Source of the DNA: Lepidodermella squamata
Taxonomy: Eukaryota; Animalia; Gastrotricha
DNA: 64,000 nucleotides
Reading direction: 5' to 3'
Assembly (NCBI GenBank): GCA_047495785.1
Contig: JBLDXI010000003.1
Span: 3,658,001 to 3,722,000, forward strand
Numbering within the stretch: position 1 is the stretch's first letter; every line of letters starts with the position of its first letter. Positions 46,541 to 61,797 of this stretch are shown here, piece by piece. Made by a program: the position numbers and the translations under genes. The notes beneath the pieces are model-generated. The model was not told the DNA's origin. It worked only from the letters and a program-made list of their open reading frames with translations, and ran no database searches.

Positions 46541-49500
46541 TCAAATGTCGTGAATGGTCACCGCCGCCGGGTCGTAGTACAGCTGCGACGGCGTGCGACC
46601 GTTGTTGTTGTTGTTCCCATTCGATTGGCCATTGCCACCAGGTAGAGACTGGCCGTACGGCATCGTGTTGCTCGAGTAGGCGGACATTTGTTGAGGTGGC
46701 TGTTGGCGGAAGTTGTTGTTGTTGTTGTATGGTGTCGAGGTGTTGGCGTAATTCGAAGACGAAGATGGCCCGTAGTAGCCGGGCGTAGTCGGCGGCGCCA
46801 TTCCTGGACCAGCCATACCAACAGTTCCTGAAGTAAATGAAATAATTCAACAAATTAATAGACAGTCGTCATAAAAGAAGAGACAAACGAGAAATATCAG
46901 TAAAAATGTAATAAAAATTAATGCAATCACCATGTGAAAAAAATCATTAAATCTTTTCAGTCAGAAAAATCAGGAAATTTTAAGGATTTTTTTTATCAAC
47001 TCAATTTTTTCCATAAGTTCGCAATCATTTTCCAATTTTGAAATTTTGAAATGTTTCAAAATATTTTTGAAATTGAACCAACCGGAGATATTTCCCATTC
47101 TTAATCCGCAATTTTACCGAACAAATTTAAAATTTACCGAAAAACCCCGAAATAACCTGGATGGTAACTGGTTCGGTAATTTTCGGTATTTCACCCATTT
47201 GAACATAATTTCTCGGGATTTTCAAAATCCCACTGACAAGCGACATACTTGATTGCCATTCTCGTGTTATTTCGAATTTATGTTGGCCATGGGAAGTGAC
47301 TTTGCCTCTCATTTAGCCTTTCTAGCCCCTTTTTCGTGTATTTTTCATGTTTTCGATTATTTGGGACACGCTGAGTAATCTCAATTTCATCGAAAAATAG
47401 TAGTCGAAGCACTAAAACAAAGCTATTGAAAATCCTTTACGCCGCAGCCTCAAGCAAAATTCCTTGATAAATCGTAATTCACCTGATTTTTTCAACAGCC
47501 ATTTCGCGCGATAAAACCTACAATTTCTCCACCAAATTCAGCCACCAATAACTACCGAATTCATAAATAAAGGTCGCACTTCATGGTTTAATATGGCTCT
47601 AAAATCAATCAGCCATATGAAATTAAAAATTATTAAAATAAATAGGGCGGAAATCAGAGGAAAATCTAACTTGATATGAAAAGATTTTCATCATTGGACA
47701 TTGATTCGGCAGGAAAATGCGTTTAACTTTTAGTTTATACATTCAGGTTATTGCATTCAGGGGCCGTGAATTCAATTAGGGCTGAATGCTGACAGCTGAG
47801 TAGGAGGTCATCGCACAAGAAAACGACTGAAAGAGTCGCGCAATTATTGAAATTTAACTCAAATTTTGAATTTTCAGCATACACGAAGTCTACATTTGAT
47901 GATAAAAAATGACAAACCTCTAGAGCGAGGAACAGTGCCGCCGAAAGGTGTATTCGCCGCCAAGCCGCGTCTGTTCGCCCACTGTTGCAAGTACTCGTCA
48001 TCCTCCGACGTCTCGGACGTGTCCGACGAGAAGTGTTTCACGAGGTTGGACATGGCCGACGTGACCGAGTCAGCCGCGGACAACAGGTCGTTGCGCAGCG
48101 CCCACACGGACGGCGCCTGGCCGCTCGAGCCGTCCGGCGTCATCGCCATCGTCGGCGTCACATTCGAGCCGGGCAGCAGTTGCGGCTGCGCCAGGTACCC
48201 GCTGCTGTCGTACATCAGCGACTGCGACTGCCGGGCTGACAGCGGCAGGGGGACCGTCGTGTTGCCGGATTTCAGCGCCGCCATCAGCATTTCGAGCTGG
48301 CGCATCAAATCTCGCCGTGATTCTTGCAGCGCCATCATGCGCGCCTCCAGGCCGTCCTTGTGCTGGCGCAGGGCTTCGAGCTCGGATGATACCATGTTGG
48401 GCTGGGGCGGGCCGAGGGATGGGTCGTAGCCGGGGTCGTCCATAGGGATGCCGCCGCTTCGCGCTACGGCCGAATTGGCGGCTACAACGGCGGCGTCGCG
48501 TTCGTGGCGTAGTCGCCGGATTTCACGGGCCATTTCGCGATTTCTCGCCTCGAGTTGCTCCAATAGCCGCCGCCGTTCTATCGCTTCGTTGTCGTCGATA
48601 AAATTGCTATCAGGACCTAATTGAAAATTTCCAAAAATTAGCCATCAAAAATGAAATATTCAAAAAATCTTGAATAAATTAGCAAATTTCAGACAACGAA
48701 TCATGAGGGAAAAGCTATTTGAGACCTAAATCAGCCTAAATATAACAAATTGGTAGGTTAGAAGCGCTCCCATTTTCTAGAATCCACTAAAACAGCATAA
48801 AATTCATAAAAAAAAAAAAAATTTTTATCCTCCAGCCTTACAAAATGAAATTTAAATTTAAATCCTGAACAATTATATTTCGGGTTTCAGCTAGCAATTC
48901 GATGCTGCTGTGCTAGAAATATTTGAAAATTTTTGACAATATTAATATTATTTGAATCCCAATTTCTCCTAAGCGATCCTAATTCTAAGCGATAGATCTA
49001 ACTTTCAGCTATGGGCAGTCAGTTTACGAGTTATACTTCGCAATTCAGAGCCGATATCGATTCCAAGTATCGATTTTACAAATCAGTGATTTTTCCCCTA
49101 TCGGAAGTTTTGGAAGCCAACATTTCAAATTTTTCTACCTAGTTGATAGTATCAGGTAGCTAATACAAAGAATCCCATGGTCAGCATCGATGGAAAAAAT
49201 TCGAATTTAGAAAAAGATGGAAAATTTCGAGAAACAACGCTCAAATTCATTTTCGGAGCCTCTATTTCAGTTTTGACCCGAGAAATATCCAACATCTCTC
49301 TTTTATTGAAAAATTAAGACGATACTTTTTGATAAATTTTGATTAATTTCAGAATAATCCGAGAATTAAAAAATGACAAATAAATCAATTTTAGGATATA
49401 TAGCATTCAAAATTTACATTTTTGCTATACCTATTATAAGAATTTTTCCCAAATTTATTTCGATGATGATTTTGCGAATTTACTGCCGAATTCTAAAATT

Positions 49501-52500
49501 GATGATTAGAAAGTGCACTTACTGTCTATTGTTTGGATCGAACTTCCGTGCTCGGCAACTTCCGACGAGTAGCCCATCTGCGACGAATATTGTTGGTACT
49601 GATATTGCTGCTGATATTGATGCTGCTGAGCAGTAGGCTGTTGCTGTTGTTGCAGCTGCTGCGACGACGGCGGCGGGGCCTGGCCATTGTTGTAAGAATC
49701 ACCGGCGTCTTCCTGGAAGTCGCTTTCCTCAACCGCCAACCTCGCCGCATACCTCGCTATCAAATTGTGCTCGTCATCGACAGCCCTAGATACGCGAAAA
49801 AAAATCGAATAATTATAAAATCAATACAAAGAAAAATTAAACATAAGAGAAAAAATAGGGAAATATTTATCAAAGCAAAAACAAATACATGGAATATCGA
49901 AATAAAACTTCGAAATCAAGTGCAATCATCAAAGTTTACGAAGAATCAAGAAGGGCATTGAAATTTACATCATATACTGCCTCCGATGGTAACTTTTCGA
50001 AAAAAACGCGAAATTTTCTTCTTAAGGCGGATTTTATTTTTAAATTTCAACTCACCCTTGACTTGACGCAGGCTTCATCGTTTGGTTTGCAGGCGAAGTT
50101 TGCCGCTGGTTGGCTTGGCTCATCGGCCGAGACTGCGGCGGCATAGGCGGCGGCGGGTGGACGAGTCGAGGCGTGGCCGGTCTAGAAAAGTGATCAGACG
50201 AACTGTTTTTAAGCAGTGGCAAGTTGGCGTATTCGCATTCTTCCTCCTGTTCATTCGCATTAGTTTTCGAACGTTTATCAGCGCCACAACCGCAATGATT
50301 ACACTGGCAAGACTTGCTCATGTTAGGCAGCAGGTATCACAACCAGGTGCCGCTCTATCATCATAATAGCGGGTTCGATGCGCGAAAAAAATCGGCGGCG
50401 GTCGGTTGTATATATCAAAAAGTGGCCGTGCTCAATTTTGCAATAATAACATTTCTTGGCGTAATATTATCATAAAGTGTTTTGTCATGTGGTTTTATAG
50501 GTACTTGCTACTTCAATATTAAACAGCCATTCCTGTGCGCGCGCGCTGCTGTAATATATTAGAGCGAAGGAGCGGCGAATCACAGATACAGCGGGGCGAA
50601 CACATAGTACATGACGAAAATTGACTGAGTCGCGCGCGCAGCAGTACTGATAGTAATAGTAATAATAACAAGTGCACTAATACTAAAATGCTGAAAAATT
50701 TGTAATCAATATGCGGCCAAGCGACTCGACCTCACGCCGCGTCTTTTTGCGCGATTTATAATATACAGGCTCCGGCGCAATAAATCCGCGGTATTTTCGA
50801 GGACAAATATAGCATCATGTTTGCTTATTATCATAGAAAAACCCCTATAATAACGGTAATAAATCGCCGTTTCGATGTGAAAAATTGATTGATATATAAG
50901 GCTAAGCAGTTTTTTCGACAATCTCTTGAAATAATTGCGAATTTTCGCGCCTGTATATTTACACTTTTTTGCAGGCGATTATTAGCGAAAAAAAATCGAC
51001 AAATATCGACAGTCTAGACGTCGCGCCGATATGTGCCGCAAACAAAGGTGTAGTATAAAGGCCTCGTGTTAATGCGGGGTAAACTTTCGTGCCGGGCTTT
51101 TTCAATGGCGCCTGCTGCTGGTCTCCGGTGGGCGCGAAAATTTAACAGCCTCATGTCGAAAAGTTTGGCCACCAGCTTCCTCTCACATGACGATGGGACG
51201 AAGCAGGCACGGAAGCAAATGTCAACCGATCGACCTAATGCTGGATTAAAGCCACGACGAATTTTTTATTAAGATGAATTATCTACGTGTTCGAAATTTT
51301 TCGACAAAAAGTGCGATAATATTATGCGACTACTATAGAGAGAGCGAAGAATGACGTAATATGCAACATGATTGTGCCATGAAAGTGTCACATTTTGTGA
51401 TAAATTGCTGTTCGAATAAAGTTTTCGATTCATCCTAATTACCAGCTTCATATGAATCCAACCTGCTTACACCGAAATAAATCAGAAATTCAAATTTAAA
51501 TTTTAAATTTAAATTTATTCAATTAATATTTTAATTATTCGGATTTTTTCCAAATATGAAAATTTCTAAATTTTTCATTTTTATTTTTTATCAATTTTTT
51601 ATCACACGTATATCAGCCAACTATAAGCGTTCAGATAGTCCTATAATAGCCGACATAGATAAGATTATGGCTGTGACCTTTTAAAGCACCACAGCATTTT
51701 CGTTCTATATTATACTTTTCCAGATGAGAAAATAATTATGTCGAAAATTTTACTAGTTTCACGGTTGAAATTAGTTACAAGATCGCATTCAACCGCCGGT
51801 TATTTTTCGTCTGATGCAAAAAAATGGCTGGCTCGTGAAGTTGCGAAATTCGACCCATCCGTTCCGGTTGAAAAAGCCGTCACCCCGCCTACAAGTTGGT
51901 ACACCACGTCGACCTTCTACGAATTTGAGCAGAAAGCGTTATTCAACACTAACTTCTGGGCTGTCGAATCGGCGCATCTTCTCGAGAAGCCGAACGATTT
52001 CGTTACGGCTAAAGTCGCGTCTGAGCCTTATTTGATATCAAATACAGGCCAGGGCGAGTCGCCGATTCGCGCGTTTTTCAACGTTTGCCGGCACCATGGC
52101 ACGAAAGTTGAGTGGAAGGAGTGCGGAAATTCCGGGTCATTTAGCTGCCCATACCACGGCTGGACTTACGATACGAGTGGCAAGTTGATAAAAGCTACTC
52201 GGTTGAGGAGCATCGAAAATTTCCAGGCTAAATGCTACGGCCTGGAAGAGGTCGATACTTTCAGCTACTGGCCGACAGTTTGGGTCAAACCAGGCCGGGA
52301 AAATGCGAAAAATCAAATCGCGCCGAGTTTGGATGCGAAATTAAAGGCGTTGGGCTATTCTGTCCCGTTGAGTGGGAAAAATTTCGAGCATGTCGGCAGG
52401 CGCCTCTACGATTTGAAATGCAATTGGAAGGTCTATGTCGACAACTACCTGGATGGCGGTTATCACGTGAATTACGCCCATAAAGCCCTAGCAAGCCTGC

Positions 52501-55500
52501 TTGATGCAAATTCATACAAGTTAATTTTAATTTAATTTATTTTTTTTTTAATTTAAAATTTCAATATGACTTATGATTTTATTCAATTTTAATTTTAATT
52601 TTCAATTTTCAATTTTCATAAATTCAATTTAATTTTTCCCATTTTTTCAGAATTGAAGCTCATGACGAAAATTCGTTGTATCAATGGTCGGTTCAAACAT
52701 CAGGCGGAAGTGATAAAAATGGGCCGGAAAATCGAATCGGAAAAGGAGCCGGATATTTTCATTTATTTCCGAATGTTATGTACAACTTTTACGGCCCATG
52801 GCTTGATTTGAACTACGTCCTGCCAACCGGGCCCGAAAGCTGTCAAGTGCTATTCGACTGGTTTGCCGATCGCGAATTTCTCGCACGACTCGACGCGCCA
52901 ACGCGCAAAAATACAATCGCGCAAAATCTGGCGGATAGCGATAAAGTGCAACAGGAGGACGTTGAGTTGTGCGAACGCGTTCAGGAGGGCAATCGGTGCT
53001 CGTCTTTCCAGGCGGGCAGATACGCGCCCCGCGTCGAGACACTCATGCACGCGTTTCACAAACGCCTTGCGGCAGAATACGCAAAACACATTGATAAACT
53101 CGCTTGAACAAAATCGCGTTGATTTTTATAATAAAAATGATCGAATGGAAGCAGGAGGAAGAATGCATAAATGCATAAATTACAGGGTTCCAGCACTAAA
53201 ATTGAAGCTCCAGCACAAGACCTTCCCAGACTATGTTTTTTCGATTTGAAATTTTTTAACCGAATATTACGCCCAATTTGCGATAATAGTGGTCAAGTTA
53301 AGAGTTATGCTTCAGACTACAGAGCCGATATCGATTTTGCAAATCAGTGATTTTTCCGATATCAGAAGTTTTTGTAGCCAAAATTGAAAGCATGTCCAAC
53401 TAGCTGATGAAACCAGGTAGGCAAAATAAAAATGGTCCTAATACCTTTCGCTGAACAAAATTTCATCCATTTTATTTGCAAAAAATGTCTTTTCAAATTT
53501 TTGAGAATTTGATGATTCATCATAAATCGAACAAAATTAGTGAAAAATTCCGCGGGTTTTTCTTTTTGAGTACAAGGCTTAATTGTGATTGAAAAAAATT
53601 ATCCGAAAATTTCACTTAAATATTACAGTCAAATTTTGAAATTTGGTTCAGATAAAGTGGATAAAAATTCCAAGACCGAGTATGGCATCAAATCGATTCA
53701 AGAAAAATCGCAAAATAATCGCAAACATTCAGTGCCAGGGTGCCTAAATTTAGCGCTGGAACCTCAGTTTTAGCGATGAAACTATTTATAACAATTTTTT
53801 TTATTAAGGAGGACTTACACAATGTGTTTGATTTCAGCTTCAAGGTGACTCGGAGCGGCGATTGGTTCGAAAAGCTCGCCCAATTCGTTGCCGTGGTCGT
53901 AGAAACTAGGCGCGGCGTTCGACGACAGGCCAGCGCATGTGACAACGCTCGACCGGCCAGGTACGCAGGCGAGTGATCGGCGCAGACTTTCGCCGAAATT
54001 GCGCGCGGGCGACACGTAGCTTGTGTGTTCAGTCAGGCGGTGTTGCGCCGAGTGGCCGCCGCCTCGCGCGTGGGCCGAGGCGCCGGGCAGGTGCGGCGCG
54101 GCCTGGGAGCGGCCGCGCCAGAAGCAGTCCTGGCAAAAGTTGACGCCGTCGCCGCCGCCGAGCGACGCCGGGCAGTCCTGGCAGTGGTAGCGCAGGCCTG
54201 AAAACGATTCGCGACCACAACCAGCACATCGGACGGGGTGAATAGCTTGAAGAAAGAAATCAATTTAAAATCGCGAAAATTCAGAGAAAAACTCGGGACT
54301 AACTGTGTTCAGCAGCAGCAATACGATGCATAACCGGCAGCCATAAGAAAGGGCCAGGAGCAGCTTGAGACTGAAGGCGGGATACAAATTCGTTAGCAGT
54401 TGCACCATGTCCGTCCGAGCCAGGCTGAAAAAATTATAAAAAATTAGTAATGAAAAAATCAATTAAAATTGTCCACATTGTTTGGAAAATCTGGCCTAAA
54501 AATTGATTTTTTTCTAATTAGAATCCTCATTAAAAACAAAATTATGGTCACTAAAAATTCCGGATTTTGACCTAATTTTCTCTGACTGAAATTCCCAGAA
54601 TTTATTTGGCGCCAAGTTTTTTTGAAATCAATTCGGAAGAAGACATTTTCCCAACGTCTAAACCCAGCTCTAGCTATAATTAAAAAATATTGCTCGGCAT
54701 TATAATATTGCTTTTAATTATAGTCCTAATATTGAGTTGGAGGTCAACGGCTAATTTATGAAAAAAGTAGAAAATTGCCGGTGGCCAATAAAAAAGTATG
54801 TAATAGCGAGTGGTAATAATCGATGAATGACCTTATAAGGCGGGCATTTTCGGAACATTTCCGGCACCGACATGATTTTTTCCGGCGGGTTGTTCGAAAA
54901 GTTAGCATTATTCAAATTGCTGCTACTCGTGCTACACTGATGATGGCTCGGCGCCGAACACGGCATAGCATGAACCTGGCCGTTTTTCTGATAGTTAGCA
55001 CCACTAAACGTGTACGACCTGTGGACACTGGCCGAATTTTGAGGTAGGCAAAAATCGTTAGATTGATATTGCTCGCAGTTATTGTTAAGGCTGCGATCTG
55101 AACAGTAAGGACACGACGAGGAGAATGACTGGGACGAGCACGAAGCCGCCGCGTTATCGGCGACCTGCGTCGACGTCGATGACGCATCATCGTCATCCGA
55201 GGCTACTTTCGGCGGCCAAGTGGCGGCCGAGTGGTAATAGGCCGGCGTCCAGTTATCGTGACTGAAATACGACGCCATTAAGGAGGCGTCATTTTTTCGG
55301 AGTAGTTGAATAAAAAATTCCAACTTTTTTCGAATTATAAAATGAGAAATAAAGCCGTTTCTTATTAGCACTTGAACAAATATAATATTATATTGAGTAA
55401 ATCTTGGCGTGTTATTTGACTTAGAGATGGCGCTGAAATTGATCGGGCGATAATGCGCATTGCATACATAGAAAAAAATTAAGTGAAGCTATATATTATA

Positions 55501-58500
55501 ATAGTTAGTCGGCCTATAATGTCGAACTAATAGCTCGGCCTTAGAGAGCTGAGCGGAAAAGGCGCCGGCGCGCAAGTGCTATTTTTGTAGAGTTGGCAAA
55601 CTGCGAGCGAGCGCGCCTGCCCGGATGTGTGGCGCCGTGCGACAAAAACGCGCGAGCCAAGGGCATTTCAACACTGCGTGCGCGAAAAAACCGGGTACTA
55701 GCGCGCGCGCGGAAGAAAATAAATACAAAATAAATATTGGACAATAATTTTTACGACATTACAGGCTGTCAACTCGACTCATCGAGGATGTGCGCATAGT
55801 AATAATAATAATTCGTTGAGAAATTAAAATCGTCCCTGATCGCAGGCGCAAATCATTACTATTATTATTTAGAGTTCTATTATTTTTCTAGTTATTATTA
55901 CGTTAAAAATTAGGCTGCTCGATGGCGGTATTGATCGCGTCGCCTGGCGAAACAATCGTCGCGCGCGGCGTCAAAATGTCAAAAATCATTAGCCACGCAA
56001 TTATTCGAAGCATTCCTGCGTCCATTAATGCAACACCGCACTGATTGGTCTCAACTGCCCCGGAAACGTCTCATTATTGTTTACAAGTTTTTCGCGCCGG
56101 GATATGCATAAATAAAGGATAAATGATTAATAATTTCACAGGCCTTTTAACCAGTGATATTACTTTTCGTAAGATTCGATGGATTCTAAATCGATAAAAA
56201 TTTCCTTTTTGTCGCAAATTCAACGAGGCAACAGCTAATTGGTACTAGAAATTCAGCGAACCGAAAAATCAGACTTGGTAATTGATATGGGCCAAAGATT
56301 TTCGCTTAATCATGCAAGTATAGAGTGATAATGGATTAATTTCGGACCGTGAAAAATCGCCAGTGCACGAAAAATTTAAAATTTTCGGCCTATTTTTGAT
56401 GTCTTCGTTATTTGTGTTACTTCCGTAAGTCTGCTCGGTGGGAAAAATATCAGAATTTTTGAATAGGATTCGGGTTTCACAGGCTTAATAAGCATTGAAA
56501 ATTCTTCCCGAAAATGAAAATTGAGATAAAAAGTTGTCGATTTTACAGTGAATAAAAGATGAAATAATTAATTACTTACCGGATCACCGAAAACTTGTTT
56601 AGCCAGCAGCCCAGGGGTGGTCGGCAGCGTCATGTCATCGACCTCGGCCGATTGCGACGACGTCGAGCCAACAGCTGTCGTAGAATGCGTCGAATACACC
56701 ATTACGGACGCACCCATTGTCGCCGGAGCACCCATGGGCGCTAGCGCAGCAGCTAGACGCGCGAATATGCGTGCGCATTGGTCAAATTTCTGCGGCACCA
56801 AACGCCGCCGTTGACCTGATGGCAGCGTATTCGTATTATTGCCTTGTTTTTTCGATCCTAAAAAATTACACAACAAAATTAGAAGAAGCAAAAGAAAAGT
56901 AAAAATAATTCAAATTAATTTCAAATTTCAAAATAAAAAATCCACCTTAATCGAAGTTTAAAAGCGTCATTCGACTTATTGCAAATTTATGACCAGCTAA
57001 AAGTGGTGAAATTTGATCTTCAAATTCCTCTAAACGAGAAACGAGGTTCCAAAATAAAATAAACAAATTAAGATCTCTTCCTAAAATTTTAGATAAAATT
57101 TAAAAATTTACAAGACCATCCTAATCAATTAAGAAAGCATCGATTAAAATTCTGATGCGAATATAATTTGAAAAGAAATTTACCTATCAAATCAGGTGGG
57201 TTGTTCTGGTTATTGCTAGTTTGCATCGGCTGCCAAACAGCGGCGGCCGGGTCTTGAGACGAGCAGATCAGCGAGAAGATGTACTTGAGCTTATCGGTTA
57301 GCTTCGCGCGGCTCATCACCGCTAGCGAGACTTTGAGGGCGAGCAGTGGGATGGCGCCGGCGCCGTCTTTGTCGAAAGTCGCCGCTAGCCAGCTCATAAC
57401 TGTCGAAGCGCTGTACTCGACGCAGACCTGTTGCGGCAGGCGTTTGTTCAGATCGCTGAACATGCCCGTTAATAGGCCGCCCAACTGCTGCAGCGTAACC
57501 ATCGTATCGCCGTCCATTTGCGTCAGGTGAAAATCTCGAAACGCCTCGATGACATTCCACAGATCAACCAAAATCACTAGAAAAAGCAAAAAATAAAAAA
57601 AAAATTGAATCAAGGTCACAATTTTCTCAGTTTTAGAAATTAAATTTTTTTAGAAAAAACCATTAGTTTAGGGTTCCTGTGTTAAATTTGAGCCTCCGCC
57701 ATGAATAGATTAAATCTTTTGAGCTTCGAGCTAGATTCAGCTATCATGTCTAACAGATAGATCTCAATATTACGAGTGATTTCGCTATCAGATTTCATTG
57801 CACGAGTTAAACCTCAGCTTGAAGAGCTCAAATCGATTCCATCCAAGTATCGATTTTACAAATCAGTGATTTTTCCGATAATATAAGCTATGGAAAACAA
57901 AACTGAAATTTCTCTGCCAAACTAGGGTACCAAGTAGCTAAAATAAAAATCCTAGGAAAGAGGAGAGCATCAGTATCGAAATCGCAAAAAATCGGAGAAT
58001 AGGGTGCCAGGACGCTTAGATTTAGTACTGGAACCTCGAGTTCGATAGTGGAAATATTTAGGCCCAATAATTCATAGGAGAAGAATCCATCGAAAATTCT
58101 TCAAATTTGAATCTATCGATATTTGATCGAAATTTGATCGAAATTTGAAATTTGGAAATAGGAAAGACCCCGTGGTGACAGAGAAAATCTTGAGCTTACG
58201 ATTTGAGCGCTTTTGGATGAATCTGAGCTTGCTAGCGGTTCGATAGACGGCGAACCGGATCGCGTCCAGGTTCTGATCGCGCATCTCCTCCAGCAACTGC
58301 AGCATCGTTACGTAGCGCGGCCGGTGGTGGTGATGATGATGAGCTAAAGAGTAGGAACAAAAAATGAATTAAACTCAAATACAGCCTAATAAATAATTCA
58401 ACCCTCGAAAACGTAACAAAAATCGTGACTATTTTTTGCATTTGATTTAAAAATTAGAATAAATTAGGCGAATCGATAAAAAATGCGCCATGTATATTTA

Positions 58501-59223
58501 GATTACCGGAGTCAATTTCGATCATGATTAAAAAGTAAATAGTTCGTGTAATTGGTATATAGTCATCCTTATAAAAATTGCACCAGAAAATAAATTCACT
58601 AGTTCACGAAAATTCTTGAAAAATAGCAAAAATATGCTCCTTTGGCAAAATTTCCCAATAGAATCCGATATGAGACTACATGAAAATATACCATTGAATA
58701 AAAGAGCTTCGAAAGCCATTTTTTCTGAATACCTAAACGGGGAAGCATTGAACCATTTGAAGCGAGCCGAAGCATGCGAGTTTACTTATATAAATAAAAA
58801 ATATAACGAAGAATAATTGTAACAGTAGCGATTCTAGCCACACACCGTATAAAAAACACCTGAGCGTAGTTATATGCTTTGTACAATCATCAGGTAAATT
58901 TGTTCAGGTAATATATACAGATGTTTATAATAAGTTTCCAGCAGCTGATTCATCACTTATTTTTTCTACAAAGTCGCAATTTGCAAACTATTCTTTTCCA
59001 AATTTTGAGGTCAAAATTACATTTTTATTAAATTTTATTAATGATATAAGAATAAATTACCTTGATGGTTTTTGCCATTGGCATCGCGCCTACTCGGCGC
59101 CAGAATCAACACGTTGTTGTCCGAATTTTGGCCGTTCAAATGCGTAGAACTTCGGCCCTTTTCGCTGTCTTTCGAATGCTGGCCGTTCGTGCTAGCCCGA
59201 CTGCTTTTCTTCGGCGCTATCAT
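46541..59223 (-). CDS. DTN: Dystrobrevin, multi-exon; 5' and 3' limits uncertain
   Basis: QNLDAIRFAVYRTASKLRFIQKR; VDLWNVIEAFRD; DKLKYIFS; WLPVMHRIAAAE; ZZ finger (CQDCFWRG); IARYAARLA; QLEARNREMAREIRRLR; LEARMMALQESRRDLMRQLE; LRNDLLSAADSVTSAMSNLVK. Confidence 0.92.
51738..53107 (+). CDS. Choline monooxygenase-like Rieske oxygenase, copy 2, nested antisense in a dystrobrevin intron, 2 exons (intron 52520-52650)
   Basis: TPPTSWYT, NVCRHHG..CPYHGW, NWKVYVDNYLDGGYHVNYAH, YGPWLD, VQQEDVELCERVQEG, GRYAP. Confidence 0.92.
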
Positions 59224-61797
59224 CGCATTAAAAAAGGGAGAAAAAATAAGAAAAATTACATAATATAAATCTTGAATAACCCGCAGAACAACCACCCGAC
59301 CCCGATATATATTTTTTGCCTACGCTAACATATCATCAAGCGCACGAGCCATGTTGTAGAATTAATTCCATAATACCGAGTACTATAGTGGCAGTAGTAG
59401 TAGTAAATTATTTGCGTTACATTATTGTTGGGGGGTAAAATTACGCTACAATAAAATTCAGTCGAGTTGGTTTATAATAATATGATTAATAAATAACAGT
59501 GCGGTGGTTTCGCAGACAGGTGTTGTGAATACGGATGAAGGTCCTTGGTCACGCTTCGCTAAACGCCGCGCATTATTGCCCCATATAATTATAATAACAG
59601 GTAACACAAGTAAACGCATATATTGAAACAATCAAGCTAAAAAAGGCTGATGCGACGATGACGAGGTGCTGAGCTTAAACATTAAGGGCAAACAGAGCGC
59701 TGCAACAGCTAATATTTACCTAGATAGTTCCCCTGGGGAAGCGAATATATAAGAAAAGAAATGATATTTTGCAATGATGGGGCGAAATTACTTGGCGATA
59801 TGCATAAAAGCTGCGACGCGCAATTATCAGACCATAATAGCCGGTTGATGACAACGCGTGGTCGAAATCGTATTATAAATTCTGCATTATACCAGGGTGG
59901 GAGATATATTTTAAAAATAATCGCTCGGCGGCGCGGCGCTGGCGAAAAAATTAATCGGCTTGGCAAACAGGGTTATATAGCTGAAAAATGTACACATAGC
60001 GAGTTAAACATAGCGGATCATTGATGGTTTACTTTTTGTTGTTAACTAAAAGGCTGATGCACAGCAATAATATGATGACTAATATTGCGAATAATAATGC
60101 AATAATAGTAATGATAATAATATACGACAGAGTGGCGTAAAAAATGTATGGGAGTAGGGAGTAAAAAAGCTGCCAAGTCGACTCAGCATTGCGCGCCGCA
60201 AAAATTTCGGCGTCGCTCGGCGCGGCGATGCACAAAAACGCGAGCGACCACTATATGACTATGTACGCGAAAAATTTGGCTGCTACTCATGATGATGATG
60301 ATCAAGAAGAACTACCACAAGAAGACGACTAAGAAAGAGAAGAGGAAGACGACGCAAATGTTTTGGTCAACGCCGGGCAAAAACAACGGGTCGATACATT
60401 AGCGGCGAGCCGGCTGAAATCTAATAACGCCAGGCCCCACTCGCACACACGCTATATAGTAGCGAAAGCAGATAACAAAATCTAGACCAACACGGAAAAA
60501 ATAGCCGGCTCAGTGGAGCGAAAAAAATGATAATTTCGTTTACACCTTCATATCACGTACCTTCGTCGATGTTGAATTTCATCGTTGCGGCAACAACAAC
60601 AGCAGGTTAAAACACCATCATAATAAAAATCGCACGCCGTCTCCGAGTGAAAAAATCCGCCTTATATAATATTCTATCGTAACATCTATAGAGAAAAATT
60701 TCGCCGAGCAGCTAATTATTTTCTGGAGAGCAGGGCGCGTCTAATGATAACATCGCTTTTGAAATTGTATACATGTGGAGGATGAACAACCCACAGTAGC
60801 GAGGCGGGGAAAATATACGTGATTATTCGGAGCGTAGAGCTAATAATGTAACGTTTAGCTATTTCGGGGGTCTGCGCTTATATTGAAATGATAAAACAAT
60901 AACATTTTGTCGAAAATAGAACAACTCATTAACGCGGGGTTGAAGCTGCGGCGTTTATTAGACCCGGCGAAGTAGGCCAAACTGAGAACAGCCGGCTGTG
61001 AGCGTTATTATTAGGTCGTTATATATTCGGGAAGGTAAAACACAACAATAACAAGGTACGAGAGTAATAAACACAGCCGGGCCGCGCTGTCTGCTGGCTG
61101 CCCAAACCAGAAGTGTTGGCTACTACTTTACTGATCATCGCGTGGTAAAAAGAAGCGAGTACACACGCTCTGATCGAAAATCACTACAGCGCGAAAGATT
61201 AATGATTTAATAATGATGCAAAAAATACGTTTCATGCTCGACGGCTGCAAGCGATTTTCGACGATTTATTTTTTTTACGCAACGAGTCCGCGTTTTCTTA
61301 CGCTATTATAGCGATTTGTAAGTAGTCGTGGCGAGCACTATCATGAATAATAGATACTAAAAATAACACCAAAGCAGCGATCATAAAAAGGAAACCGCTA
61401 GCCAAAAGGTGCCTGATCTACGAAATTTTCGCACTCGAAACAGAAACAAACCGAAAAATTGCAACGTTTATTTTGCTTGAAAAAAAAATCCAAGGAAAAC
61501 GATTTCCGTGAGTTTACAAATGCAAGGAAATGGGGAAACGTTGCGAACATCGATTTTACACTGCGGAAGTCATTCGGTCAAACACCTGAGTCTATGCTTT
61601 TTTATACAATCGATTAGAAATTCAAAAAAAAAAATTTGCCGTAAAATATCTGGTGCATCCAATCAGGTTAAATCGATCGAGATTAATTAATAATTTCAAT
61701 TGTATCGATACCCTAATGACTATTTGTTTTAAGAGATGACCACTATTAATGAGCAGGATAATTGAATAAATTAATCTAAGATAAGAAATAACAAAAC

